Origin: a bacterium
GTDB lineage: Bacteria; Eisenbacteria; RBG-16-71-46
DNA: 64,000 nt
Direction: 5' to 3'
Assembly: GCA_046076045.1 (NCBI GenBank)
Contig: JBJTRI010000033.1
Coordinates: 745-64,744, forward strand
Within the stretch, counting starts at the first letter, position 1; each line of letters begins with the position of its first letter. The translations under genes and the position numbers were made by a program. Under the pieces are notes generated by a model. That model made no database searches, was not told the origin of the DNA, and saw only the letters and a list, made by a program, of their open reading frames with translations. Shown one piece after another: positions 17,896 through 27,616 of the stretch.

Positions 17896-19730
17896 CGATC
17901 CGGTCGCGCGTACTCGCGCTCGTGTTGACGATCATGCCCATGCTGGGTGCGAGCCCGCTCGCGGCACAGCCCGTGCCCGACAGCACCCGAGCACGCATTC
18001 CCGCTTCTGCGCCCGCCGCGCTCGCACCTGCGCCCGCGCGCGGCGCGACCGTGCCCGCCCCTTCGCCCGCCACGCTCGCACCTGCACCTGCGCGCGACGC
18101 GCTAGCACCCATGCCCGAGGCGCTCGCACCTGCGCCTGCGTCCAACCTGCTCGTGTCCGACGACGACGGTCCGGTCGCGCGCCCGGAGCGGCCCATCCCG
18201 GTCTTCCTCGGTGGGCGCGAGTTGTTGTCGCTGCACGTCGGTCGGGACGGCATGGGGGTGCGCGACCGTGCGGAGGCCATCCGCGATCGTCTGGTGGTGG
18301 CGGTGGCCGACACCACGCTCGCCGCCTCCGACGTGCAGCTCGTGCCGCGCGCCAACGCGGTCGAGTTCCGGCTCGGGCGCCGACTGCTGTTCGTGCTCGT
18401 GCCCGAGGACCTGCCGCCGCTCGACCGCACCGAGACCGAGGCGTGGCTGCTGCGCCTCGCGCGCGAGGTGAGCGAGGGCATCGTGCGCGAGCGGGCCAGC
18501 CGGGAGCCGAGCGCCCGCCTCACGAGCATCGCGATCGGTGCGGCGTGGACGCTGGGCGCGTGGCTCCTCGCGCTCGCGGTGCTCGCGCTCGGGCGGCGTT
18601 GGCGCTGGTGGTTGCACACCGTGGTGTCGCCGCGCCTGCCCGCCATCCGCGTGCGCAGCACTGAGGTGCTGTCGCGTCGCCAACTCGGGTCCCTGCTGCT
18701 CGGCGTGCTCGGCCGAGCCGACCTGCCGGTGCTGCTCGTGCTGGCCTATACCTGGCTGACGACCGTGTTCGCCCGCTTCCCCGTCACCCAGTCGTGGAGT
18801 TGGGAGTTGCGGCGGTTCGCGGTCGAGCGCTCGTCGGAGCTCGTGCGGGTCGTGCTCGCCTCGCTGCCGGGACTGCTCACGGTCGTGTTCATCCTGTGGG
18901 TGTTCCGCGCCTTCATGCGGCTCTCGGACCGGTTCTTCGACCGCGTCGCGCGCGGCGCCACGACGCTGCCGGGCTTCCATCCCGAGCTCGCGGCCCCCAG
19001 CCGCCGACTCGCCCGCATCGTTCTGGGGCTGGCGGCGATCATCACCGCGTATCCCTACCTGCCGGGCGCGGAGTCCAAGGCCGTGCAGGGCATCTCGGTG
19101 CTCGTCGGCCTCATGGTGTCGCTGGGCTCGTCGGGCATCGTGGGCAACATGATCGCGGGCCTCGTGCTCACCTACTCGCGCAGCTTCAGCATCGGGGACC
19201 GCGTGCGCATCGGGGACCACGTCGGCGACGTCCTCTCGCTCGGCACGTTCGCGACCAAGCTGCGGAGCCTGCGCAACGAGGAGGTCACGCTGCCGAACGG
19301 CGCGATCCTCGCGGGCACCATCCTCAACTACACGCGGCGCACGGCGCAGGAGGGCGGGCTGTGGCTGCACACGCAGGTCACGATCGGCTACGACGCGCCG
19401 TGGCGGCAGGTGCACGCGCTCCTCATCGAGGCCGCGTGCTCGGTGCCCGGCGTCGAGTCGAGCCCCGAGCCCATCGTGTACCAGCGCGCGCTCAACGACT
19501 ATCACGTGAGCTACGAGATCACGTGCCTCACGCACGACTCGCACGCGCAACTCCGGCTCTACAGCGACCTGCATGCCGCCATCCAGGACGCGTTCGCGCG
19601 CGCCGGCGTCGAGATCCTGTCGCCGGCCTACGCCGCGCTGCGCGACGCGAACGCGCAGGTGCTGCCGTCCGAGCCCGCGGGGCCGCGTGAGATGCCCGGC
19701 GGCTTCCGGGTCCGGCGCCCCGGGGAGTGA
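17889..19730 (+). CDS. Mechanosensitive ion channel (MscS family) with a large N-terminal periplasmic/TM extension
   Basis: ATG at 17889 overlaps the tsaB::rimI stop by 7 nt. Signal peptide and several TM segments. MscS pore/beta domain: VLVGLMVSLGSSGIVGNMIAGLVLTYSRSFSIGDRVRIGDHVGDV. Confidence 0.75.
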   Translation: MLTIRSRVLALVLTIMPMLGASPLAAQPVPDSTRARIPASAPAALAPAPARGATVPAPSPATLAPAPARDALAPMPEALAPAPASNLLVSDDDGPVARPERPIPVFLGGRELLSLHVGRDGMGVRDRAEAIRDRLVVAVADTTLAASDVQLVPRANAVEFRLGRRLLFVLVPEDLPPLDRTETEAWLLRLAREVSEGIVRERASREPSARLTSIAIGAAWTLGAWLLALAVLALGRRWRWWLHTVVSPRLPAIRVRSTEVLSRRQLGSLLLGVLGRADLPVLLVLAYTWLTTVFARFPVTQSWSWELRRFAVERSSELVRVVLASLPGLLTVVFILWVFRAFMRLSDRFFDRVARGATTLPGFHPELAAPSRRLARIVLGLAAIITAYPYLPGAESKAVQGISVLVGLMVSLGSSGIVGNMIAGLVLTYSRSFSIGDRVRIGDHVGDVLSLGTFATKLRSLRNEEVTLPNGAILAGTILNYTRRTAQEGGLWLHTQVTIGYDAPWRQVHALLIEAACSVPGVESSPEPIVYQRALNDYHVSYEITCLTHDSHAQLRLYSDLHAAIQDAFARAGVEILSPAYAALRDANAQVLPSEPAGPREMPGGFRVRRPGE

Positions 19731-19895
19731 GCTGCGGGCGTTCCCCCGTGGGCGTGCGCGAGCGCGGTTCCGGGGTGGCGGTGGACCCCCCGCGGTATTA
19801 GACTGCGCCGCCGTGGACCCGTCGCAAGGCGGGAGTCCGCGCCCACGCGTCGGCCGCGGTCGTCGCGTGCCTCACCCGGAGAACGCCCCGCCGCC

Positions 19896-20819
19896 ATGTC
19901 CTGGCTCAATCGCGAACGCACCGGCATCAAGCCGGGTCCCAAGCCCGAGCGGACCGAGGTCCCCGACGGCCTGTGGACCAAGTGCGACGGCTGCGGCGAG
20001 GCGCTGTTCCAGTCCGTGCTCGAGGAGCACCTCTGGACCTGTCGCCACTGCGACCACCACTTCCGGGTCCCGGCGCGCACCTACGTGGACTACCTCGTGG
20101 ACGAGGGCTCGTTCCAGGAGCGCCACACCGGTCTGGTGGCGGGCGACCCGCTCGAGTTCCGCGACGCCAAGCTGCCCTATCCCGAGCGCCTCGCCGCCGC
20201 CCAGCGCGACACGGGCGAGAAGGATGCCGCCATCTGCGGCACCGCGTCGATCGGGGGCGTGCCGGCCAGCGTCGCGCTCATGAACTTCTTCTTCATGGGC
20301 GGCAGCATGGGTTCGGTCGTGGGCGAGAAGGTCGCGCGCACCATCGAGGCCGCGCTCGACGAGCGCCGGGCCTGCATCGTGGTGTCCGCCACCGGCGGTG
20401 CGCGCATGCAGGAGGGCATCCTCTCGCTCATGCAGATGGCCAAGACCAGCGTGCTGCTCGCGCAGCTGCGCGCGGCGCGCCTGCCGTTCGTGTCGGTGCT
20501 CACCGACCCCAGCACGGCCGGCGTGCTCGCCTCGTACGCCTCGCTCGGCGACCTCATCGTGGCCGAGCCGCGCGCGCTCGTGGGTTTCGCGGGCGCCCGC
20601 GTCATCCGGCAGACGATCGGCGAGGACCTGCCGCCCGGCTTCCAGCGCGCCGAGTTCGTGCTCGAGAAGGGGTTCGTGGACCGCATCATCCATCGCAAGC
20701 GCATGCGCGAGGAACTCGGCGCCACGTTGTCGTTGCTCTGGCACTCCACCCGCGGATTCGCTCCCGAGGGCGGCAAGTCGCCGCATCGCTACGACCCGAG
20801 CGCCCTCCGTCCGGCCTGA
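19896..20819 (+). CDS. accD: Acetyl-CoA carboxylase carboxyltransferase subunit beta
   Basis: Zinc ribbon CDGCGEALF..CRHCDHH and carboxyltransferase motifs (FMGGSMGSVVGEK). Confidence 0.9.
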   Translation: MSWLNRERTGIKPGPKPERTEVPDGLWTKCDGCGEALFQSVLEEHLWTCRHCDHHFRVPARTYVDYLVDEGSFQERHTGLVAGDPLEFRDAKLPYPERLAAAQRDTGEKDAAICGTASIGGVPASVALMNFFFMGGSMGSVVGEKVARTIEAALDERRACIVVSATGGARMQEGILSLMQMAKTSVLLAQLRAARLPFVSVLTDPSTAGVLASYASLGDLIVAEPRALVGFAGARVIRQTIGEDLPPGFQRAEFVLEKGFVDRIIHRKRMREELGATLSLLWHSTRGFAPEGGKSPHRYDPSALRPA

Positions 20820-20838
20820 GCGGGAACGCGACCCTCTC

Positions 20839-22140
20839 GTGACGCCGGCACTCCAGCGCCGACTCGAGGCCCTGTGGGGGCTCGAGCGCCGTCACCCCAA
20901 GCTGGGCCTCGACGGCACGCGCGCGCTGCTCGCCGGCCTCGGCCACCCCGAGACGCGCTTCCGCTCCGTGCACGTGGCCGGCACCAACGGCAAGGGCAGC
21001 GTGTGCGCACTGGTCGAGCGCGTGCTGCGCGCCGCCGGGCATCGCACCGGGCTCTACACCTCGCCGCACCTGCTCGACTTCCGCGAGCGCATCCGGGTGG
21101 ACGGCGAGTGGGCCTCCGAGGACGAGTTGCTCGCGCGGCTCGCGGCGATCGAGGCGCTGCCCGACGCCGCGGGCGCCACCTTCTTCGAGGTCGCCACCGC
21201 GCTCGCGTTCGACCGCTTCGCGCGCTCGGGCGTCGAGTGGGCGGTCGTCGAGGTGGGGCTCGGCGGGCGGCTCGACTCCACCAACGTGCTCGCGCCCGCG
21301 GTCTGCGCCATCACCTCGATCGGGCTCGACCACGCCGAGATCCTGGGCGACACGCACACCGCGATCGCGGCCGAGAAGGCCGGCATCCTCAAGCCCGGCG
21401 TGCCCGCGGTGAGCGCGGTCGAGCACGACGCGGCGGCTGCGGTCGTCGCGCACCGCGCGGCCGAGGTCGGTGCCCCGCTCGTGATCGCGCGCAACGCGGT
21501 CGAGGCGACCGTGGTGGCGACGGGCGAGTGGGGGACGCGGCTCGCGGTCGAGTGCGAGCCGTGGGGCCGCTTCCAGCTGCAGATGCGGCTGCTGGGCTCG
21601 CACCAGCGCGACAATGCGCGCACCGCGCTCGCCGTGCTGTCGCGGCTCGCCGCGCAAGATGTGGCGCTGCCGCTCGACGCGGTGCGCACGGGTTTCGCCG
21701 AGGCGCGCTGGCCGGGACGGCTCGAGCCGTGCCCCGCGCGGCCACGGCTGTGGTGGGACGGCGCGCACAACCTCGACGGCATGCGTCGGCTCGCGCAGGC
21801 GTGGACCGACGACCTCGCGCTGCCATCGCCCGCGGCGGTGGTGTTCGCCGCCGGGCGCGACAAGGACGCGGCCGCGCTGCTGCGCCGCCTGCACGCGTTC
21901 GCGCCGCACGCCACGTTGGTCGTGACGCGCACGCACAACGACCGCGCGCGACCCGCCGACGAGTTGGTGACGCTCGCGCACGGCGCGGGCTTCGAGGCGG
22001 TCGCTGCCGACACGGTGGCCGCCGCCATCGAGGCCGCGTTCGCGCGCCACGCCGAGGGCCGCGTGCTGGTGTGCGGTTCGCTGTTCGCGGTCGGCGAGGC
22101 CATGGCCGCGTACGGGGGAGGGCCGGGCGCATGCGTCTGA
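20839..22140 (+). CDS. folC: Folylpolyglutamate synthase / dihydrofolate synthase
   Basis: GTG at 20839. P-loop HVAGTNGKGSV and Mur-ligase motifs. accD-folC order is conserved. Confidence 0.85.
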   Translation: MTPALQRRLEALWGLERRHPKLGLDGTRALLAGLGHPETRFRSVHVAGTNGKGSVCALVERVLRAAGHRTGLYTSPHLLDFRERIRVDGEWASEDELLARLAAIEALPDAAGATFFEVATALAFDRFARSGVEWAVVEVGLGGRLDSTNVLAPAVCAITSIGLDHAEILGDTHTAIAAEKAGILKPGVPAVSAVEHDAAAAVVAHRAAEVGAPLVIARNAVEATVVATGEWGTRLAVECEPWGRFQLQMRLLGSHQRDNARTALAVLSRLAAQDVALPLDAVRTGFAEARWPGRLEPCPARPRLWWDGAHNLDGMRRLAQAWTDDLALPSPAAVVFAAGRDKDAAALLRRLHAFAPHATLVVTRTHNDRARPADELVTLAHGAGFEAVAADTVAAAIEAAFARHAEGRVLVCGSLFAVGEAMAAYGGGPGACV

Positions 22141-25100
22141 GCACGCTCCCACTGCTCGCGTTGCTGGTCGCCGTCGCCGCGCGGGGCGAGGTGCTCATCG
22201 TGCCCTCGCCAGCGCCCGACTCGGCGACGGTCGCATCCGACAGCACCGCGGCCGAGAGCACGCGCGTGGTCGTGCCGACCCCGGCGCCCGCGGTCGTGCC
22301 CGCGCCACGCGCCGCCGCACCGCGACCCGCGGTCGCGCCCGCCCCCGAGCCGCCGTACCGCATCGAGGCCGATCGCATGACCGGCGGCCGCGGGCCCACG
22401 GGTGACGTGCTGTACCTCGAGCAGGTCACCATCACGCGCGGGCGCACGCGCCTGCAGTCCGAGCGCGGGCGCTACGAGCGCGCCACCGGCATGGTGCACG
22501 TCGAGGGACGCGTGCGCATGCGCGACTCGAGCACCACCGTGACCTGCGACGAGGCATCGTTCTCGGAGACTCAGGACCGCCTCGACCTGCGCGGTAACGT
22601 GGTGGTGGTGGACCGCGAGGCACGCCTGCAGGCGCCCTTCGGGTGGTACGACCGGCGCAGCGGCAAGGCCCGCCTGCACGGCGGGGTGCGCGGACAGGAG
22701 CGCAAGCAGCGGTTGGTGGCGCGCGAGGCGTACTACGACCGCGACTCCTCCATGGTCATCGCGGTCGGCGACGTGATCGGCGACGACGACGAGAACCGCA
22801 CGCGCATCGAGGCGCAGCGCGTCGAGTACGACCGGCGCAGCAAGGTCGCGACCGCGACCGGCAGCCCGCTGTTGCGTGCCCGCGACGACGACGGGCACGA
22901 GACGCGGCTGCGCGCCCGCCTGCTGCGCGTCGGCTCCGAGAGCAAGGTCGCCGAGGCGCTGGACTCGGTCGAGGTCGAGCGCGACACGCTGCGCGCGCGC
23001 GCCGACTACGCACGCTTCGACGATGCGCTCGGACGCGGGCTCCTGCTGGGTTCGCCGCGGGCGTGGGACGGCGAGACCACGATCTCCGGCGACACGCTCG
23101 AGACCGTGGGGCGCGACCGCAAGCTCGACCGCATCCTCGTGCGCGGGCGCGCGGGCATCGACTACGCCGGCGCACGCGAGGGCACGCGCGGCGACCGCAG
23201 CCGGCTCACGGGCGAGCAGGTCGAGATGTACGTCACGGGCTCGCGCATCGACAGCCTCGTGGCGACCGGGCAGGCGCGCAACACCTACACGGCCGCGGCC
23301 AAGCCCGGCAAGACCGCCGAGGACAACCGCGCCGAGGGCGACACCATCCTGGTGTTCTTCAAGGACAAGCGCATCGACCGCGCCCGCGTCGTGGGCGGCG
23401 CGACCGGCGCCTACCGACCGCCGGTCGCGGTCGACGACACCACGGCGGCCCGCCTCGAGCGCATCACCTACGAGGCCGCCGGCATCGTGTTCGAGATCCC
23501 GCGCAACCGCATCGTGCTCGACGGTCAGGCCAAGCTGCTGTACCGCGACCTCGAGCTGAGCGCGCGCCGCGTCGAGTTCGACAGTCGCCGCAACACGCTG
23601 GTGGCCGAGGGGCAGCCGTCGCTGGTCGAGAAGGGCGACGAGGTCGAGGGTCAGCTCATGACCTACGACATGGAGCGGCAGGTCGGCACCATCTACCAGG
23701 CCACCACGCAGTACGAGCGCGGGCTCTACCACGGCAAGCGCATCCGCAAGGTGAGCGAGCGCGAGCTCGACGTGCTCGGCGGCTCGTACAGCACCTGCGA
23801 CCTCGCCGAGCCGCACTACCACTTCTCGGCGCGTTGGATGAAGATCTACCTCAAGGACAAGCTGGTCGCGAAGCCGGTCGTGTTCTACCTGCGCAACGTC
23901 CCCGTGCTCGCGCTGCCGTTCTACGTGTTCCCGATCAAGCCCGGGCGGCACTCCGGATTCCTGTTCCCGCAGTTCGAGTTCGGGTTCAACAGCGCGAGCG
24001 GGCAGTTCATCCGCAACGCCGGCTACTACTGGGCCCCCAACGACTACTTCGACTTCACCGGCGCCGGCGACTACTACGCGGCCGATCCGTCGTGGCTGCT
24101 GCGGGGCGAGCTCAACTACAAGCTGCTCTACCGCTTCGAGGGCCGCGCCGACGTGAAGTTCGGGCACGACGAGCGCACCGGGCGCGACGACTACACGTTC
24201 TCGGGCACCCACCAGCAGACGCTCGGTCAGCGTACGCGCCTGTCGGCGCTCGGCAACTTCACCTCGAGTCGCGACTTCAGCACGAGCGGCCAGTCGGGGC
24301 AGTCGTTCCAGCAGCGCTTCGACCGGTTCCTCAACTCGAACCTGCAGCTCACGCACTACGCCGACGGGTTGTCGCTGAGCGCGATCCTCGACCGGCGCCA
24401 GGACCTCGACGCCGACGACGACCTCATCGGCCCGACCGGCAACCTGCTGCCCGTGGGCACGGTCGGCCGCCCCAGCCTGACCGTGTACGAGCCCTCGCTC
24501 GCGGTCTCGCTGCCGCAGCGCACGTTGGGTTCGTACGGCCTCATCAAGGACAACGCGGTCGGGCGCGCGCTCAAGAACACCTACCTGAGCCTCAACGCGC
24601 GCTACCTCGGCTACCGCACCGAGCGGGCGTTCGTCGAGGGCGTGTACGACACGGCCGGGGTGCTCGCCGGCTCGCGCATCGGTCGGCAGCGCGAGACGCG
24701 GCGCGCGGCGACCTCGCAGTTCTCGCTCTCGGACTCGCGCCGCTTGCTGGGCTGGATCAACTTCTCGCCGTCGGTGTTCGGCAACGCGGTGGTATTCGAT
24801 CGCGACGAGCAGGGCAACACCGTCGTGCCGGCCGCGGTCTGGCAGTCGGGCGTCGGCGTCTCGACCACGCTGTACCGCACGCTGTCCACGCCCATCGAGG
24901 GGCTCGCGTTGCGGCACGTCGTGAGTCCGAGCGTGCAGATCTCGTACTCGCCCGACTTCCCCGGGCTGTCGTACACCGACGAGAACGGCATCCTGCGCCC
25001 GCGCTTCAAGGGCTTCGCCGACGTCAACCTGACCTCGGGCGCGCGCTCCACGGTGGGCTCGTTCACGCTGGACCAGCGCCTGCAGGCCAAGCTCACGCGC

Positions 25101-25751
25101 GGCGAGCGCGTCACGCGCCTCGACAACCTGCTGTCGTGGACGACGAGCGGTTCGTACGACTTCCGCTGGCGCGAGAACGGGCGCTCGCACGGGCTCTCGG
25201 CGCTGTCCTCGGCGCTCCGCCTGCAGCCGCCGGGCTGGGTCAACGCCGACGGCAACGCGATCGTGGACCCGTACCAGGGCCGTCCGCTCCGTTCGCTCGG
25301 CTGGAACGTCTACACCTCGTTCGGCAACCGCGGCGGCGGCCGCCCGCAGGCCGCGCGCTCGGCCACCGATAGCGAGCGCGGCGTGAGCGAGGGCGAGGAG
25401 GCCGAGAATGCGTTCCGCGACAACTGGACGGTGTCGCTGGCGTACTCGTCGTCGGGTGGCTACTTCGGTCCGTCGTGGAGTTCGCGCGAGGCGCTCAACG
25501 CGGTGTTCCGCTATCAGATCACCGAGGGCTGGCTGTTCGACTACTCCGCCGGTTACGACCTCACCGATCGCCGCGTGCAGTTGCAGCGCTTCAACCTCAC
25601 GCGCCGCATCCACTGCTGGGACGCGACCTTCACCCGGTCGTTCACGCCCGGGGGCGAGACCGAGTACTACCTGCGATTGGGCATCCGCGAGCAGCGCGAG
25701 ATCTACCTCGAGCGCGGGACGCGCGTGCAGAGCTTCGGTGGCATCCAGTAG
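22131..25751 (+). CDS. lptD: LPS-assembly protein LptD (OstA N-domain + large C-terminal beta-barrel)
   Basis: ATG at 22131 overlaps the folC end by 10 nt. Signal peptide MRLSTLPLLALLVAVAARG. OstA-like jellyroll repeats (YLEQVTITRGRTRLQSERGRY.., LRGNVVVVD) and a long beta-rich C-terminus ending in an aromatic-rich barrel. Confidence 0.75.
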   Translation: MRLSTLPLLALLVAVAARGEVLIVPSPAPDSATVASDSTAAESTRVVVPTPAPAVVPAPRAAAPRPAVAPAPEPPYRIEADRMTGGRGPTGDVLYLEQVTITRGRTRLQSERGRYERATGMVHVEGRVRMRDSSTTVTCDEASFSETQDRLDLRGNVVVVDREARLQAPFGWYDRRSGKARLHGGVRGQERKQRLVAREAYYDRDSSMVIAVGDVIGDDDENRTRIEAQRVEYDRRSKVATATGSPLLRARDDDGHETRLRARLLRVGSESKVAEALDSVEVERDTLRARADYARFDDALGRGLLLGSPRAWDGETTISGDTLETVGRDRKLDRILVRGRAGIDYAGAREGTRGDRSRLTGEQVEMYVTGSRIDSLVATGQARNTYTAAAKPGKTAEDNRAEGDTILVFFKDKRIDRARVVGGATGAYRPPVAVDDTTAARLERITYEAAGIVFEIPRNRIVLDGQAKLLYRDLELSARRVEFDSRRNTLVAEGQPSLVEKGDEVEGQLMTYDMERQVGTIYQATTQYERGLYHGKRIRKVSERELDVLGGSYSTCDLAEPHYHFSARWMKIYLKDKLVAKPVVFYLRNVPVLALPFYVFPIKPGRHSGFLFPQFEFGFNSASGQFIRNAGYYWAPNDYFDFTGAGDYYAADPSWLLRGELNYKLLYRFEGRADVKFGHDERTGRDDYTFSGTHQQTLGQRTRLSALGNFTSSRDFSTSGQSGQSFQQRFDRFLNSNLQLTHYADGLSLSAILDRRQDLDADDDLIGPTGNLLPVGTVGRPSLTVYEPSLAVSLPQRTLGSYGLIKDNAVGRALKNTYLSLNARYLGYRTERAFVEGVYDTAGVLAGSRIGRQRETRRAATSQFSLSDSRRLLGWINFSPSVFGNAVVFDRDEQGNTVVPAAVWQSGVGVSTTLYRTLSTPIEGLALRHVVSPSVQISYSPDFPGLSYTDENGILRPRFKGFADVNLTSGARSTVGSFTLDQRLQAKLTRGERVTRLDNLLSWTTSGSYDFRWRENGRSHGLSALSSALRLQPPGWVNADGNAIVDPYQGRPLRSLGWNVYTSFGNRGGGRPQAARSATDSERGVSEGEEAENAFRDNWTVSLAYSSSGGYFGPSWSSREALNAVFRYQITEGWLFDYSAGYDLTDRRVQLQRFNLTRRIHCWDATFTRSFTPGGETEYYLRLGIREQREIYLERGTRVQSFGGIQ

Positions 25752-26934
25752 CGGCGCGCGCTGGCGGGTCGCGTGCGACCGGTGCGAGGCGTCGGCCTGG
25801 ACCGGGCCGGCGTCCGACGGGCACGACGTCTGGTGCGAGGCCTGTCAGGTCGCGCACCACCTCGCGGCCGCACCCGGTGCGGGCACGCGCTGTCCGCGCT
25901 GCGACGCGCCGTTGCCCGCCGCACCGCGCTTCATCGAGGTGTGGGGGGCGCTCCAGCACCTCGATGCCGTGCTGGCGGCATGGGCGGGCGACCCCGCGCC
26001 GCTCGCGCGCCTGCTGCCCGAGCGGCCGCGGTTCGTGACCGACCTCGACCCGCCGCAGGCGCGGCCCGACGACCCCGCGCCGCTCGCGGACGCGATCGCC
26101 GCCTGCGCGCACGGCGACTTCCGCGCCGTGCCCGCGCCCGGCCCGGGCGACGACCCGCGCGCGCACGCGGCGTACGCCATCGCGTGCGAGCGCCTCGGCG
26201 ACCCCGCACGCGCAGTGCTCGCGTGGGACGCCGTGCTCGCGGCCGGGGACGACGCTCGCGCGCGACTCGCGCGCGGTTCGCTGCACGCGCGCGCCGGACG
26301 GCTCGACGCCGCGCGTGCCGACCTCGCGCTCGCCGGTCCCGCCTTCCCCGCGCGAGGGGACCGCGCCGCGCTCGCGGTGCACGCCGCGGTCGCCGGCGCC
26401 GAGGCCGCGCCCGATCCGGGCCCGCTCGCTGCGGCGCGCGCCGAGGCGGGCGAGGCGTCGTCGTACTGGAGCGACCCCACCGTGGGGCGCTTGCTGTGGT
26501 CGTTGCTCGTCGAGCGCGCCGTCGCCCGCGTGGTCGAGGGTGGGCCCGACCCGCGCGATCGCGAGGCGTTGCGCGCGGCCGAGTCGGAGTTCGAGCACGC
26601 GACGTTCTGGGACCGCGCCATGCGCATCGTGGGCTGGGTGCGCGTCGGCGCGCTCGATGAGGCCGCGCGCATCGCCGCTCCGCTCGCGCGCGACGGCGCT
26701 GCGGAACTGTTGGACGAGCCCGCGCTGCGCGGGCCTGCCCTCGCCTCGGTCGCGGCCGCGGTCACCATCGCCCGGGCGGGGATGGACGCCGGCGACCCGG
26801 TCTCGGCCCGGCACGCCCTCGCCGAGGCGCTGGCGCGCCAGGACCTGCAGCGGTTCCGCATCCCCTGCCTGCGCTGCGGGCGCGGGTCGGTGGGGTTGGA
26901 TGAGACCGCCGACGGGCCCGACCCCGAGGACTGA
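25738..26934 (+). CDS. Hypothetical protein with an N-terminal double CxxC zinc-ribbon and an Ala/Arg/Asp-rich helical (TPR-like) body
   Basis: Coding frame assigned from strong GC3 bias. The first in-frame start is GTG 25738 (overlapping the lptD end by 14 nt). CDRCE..CEAC..CPRCD at the N-terminus and CLRCGRG at the C-terminus. Confidence 0.5.
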   Translation: MASSSGARWRVACDRCEASAWTGPASDGHDVWCEACQVAHHLAAAPGAGTRCPRCDAPLPAAPRFIEVWGALQHLDAVLAAWAGDPAPLARLLPERPRFVTDLDPPQARPDDPAPLADAIAACAHGDFRAVPAPGPGDDPRAHAAYAIACERLGDPARAVLAWDAVLAAGDDARARLARGSLHARAGRLDAARADLALAGPAFPARGDRAALAVHAAVAGAEAAPDPGPLAAARAEAGEASSYWSDPTVGRLLWSLLVERAVARVVEGGPDPRDREALRAAESEFEHATFWDRAMRIVGWVRVGALDEAARIAAPLARDGAAELLDEPALRGPALASVAAAVTIARAGMDAGDPVSARHALAEALARQDLQRFRIPCLRCGRGSVGLDETADGPDPED

Positions 26935-27109
26935 CGGGACGGCAGGTCGGTCCGGTCCGCGTCAAGTGTGCGGTCGGGTCCTCGTCGCCCCGTGGACAAT
27001 CGGCCGATACATCGGCCATGCTTGGCAGGCCCCGGCGGACCCGCCGGTGGGCATCGCACCGGCACGGTCCACGCGCGGCGATCGCGCGTTCACGGGGAAG
27101 GAGGACGCG

Positions 27110-27505
27110 ATGCGTTTCAGGCTGTCGTGGCGTCCGTCCGTGCTCGTGGCGCTCGCGCTCCTGGTGAGCGGGCAGTTCTGCATGCTCACGACCTGTCTGC
27201 CGCGCCTCGCGCGCGCCTCCGACACGGCCCACGCCTGCTGCCGCGCTTCGGGTCGCGGCGAGACGCCCGCGCCGGCGCCGACCGCGGCGCACACGATGCC
27301 GTGCGGCCAGCACCTCGTGACCTCCGACGCGCCGAGCGTGCCCGATGCGCCCGAGACGAGCCTCGTGCTCGCCACGGTGCTCGAGGCGCCCCGCGTCCTC
27401 GCGTCGCCCGTCGCGGGCGTCGCGTTCGCCCGCGCCGACGGCGGTCCGCCGCCCGAGCACGGTCGCACCGCTCCCGCGGGACTGCGCGCCCCTCCGGCCG
27501 CCTGA
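27110..27505 (+). CDS. Small secreted Cys/His-containing protein at the head of the metal-efflux cluster (CzcI-like position)
   Basis: Strong SD GGAAGGAGG 8 nt upstream of the ATG. Signal peptide MRFRLSWRPSVLVALALLVSG, followed by CMLTTC, HACC and MPCGQH motifs. Confidence 0.55.
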   Translation: MRFRLSWRPSVLVALALLVSGQFCMLTTCLPRLARASDTAHACCRASGRGETPAPAPTAAHTMPCGQHLVTSDAPSVPDAPETSLVLATVLEAPRVLASPVAGVAFARADGGPPPEHGRTAPAGLRAPPAA

Positions 27506-27616
27506 TCCGTCCGCGGCCCGCTCCCGGGCTCGCTGCGGCGCCGCGCGTGTGCGCGGCGTGTGCGTGACCGGCGCGCTCGCGCGCCACCGACCCCCGCACC
27601 CAACCGGAGTGTCCGC

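Noticed and set aside
21054-25613. 1519-aa minus-strand ORF antisense to lptD, plus several other 300-800 aa antisense or alternative-frame ORFs (e.g. 1720-3048, 3447-4652, 9166-10686, 10683-12023, 14592-16172, 37988-40606)
   Set aside because: Stop-codon-poor artefacts of high GC with no motifs and poly-Arg/Ala composition. The sense-strand genes have clear homology signatures.
25408-25737. ATG 25408 as the start of the zinc-ribbon protein
   Set aside because: This region is the 3' end of lptD in another frame. The translation there is Arg/Ser-rich noise, and GTG 25738 is the first plausible start consistent with coding bias.
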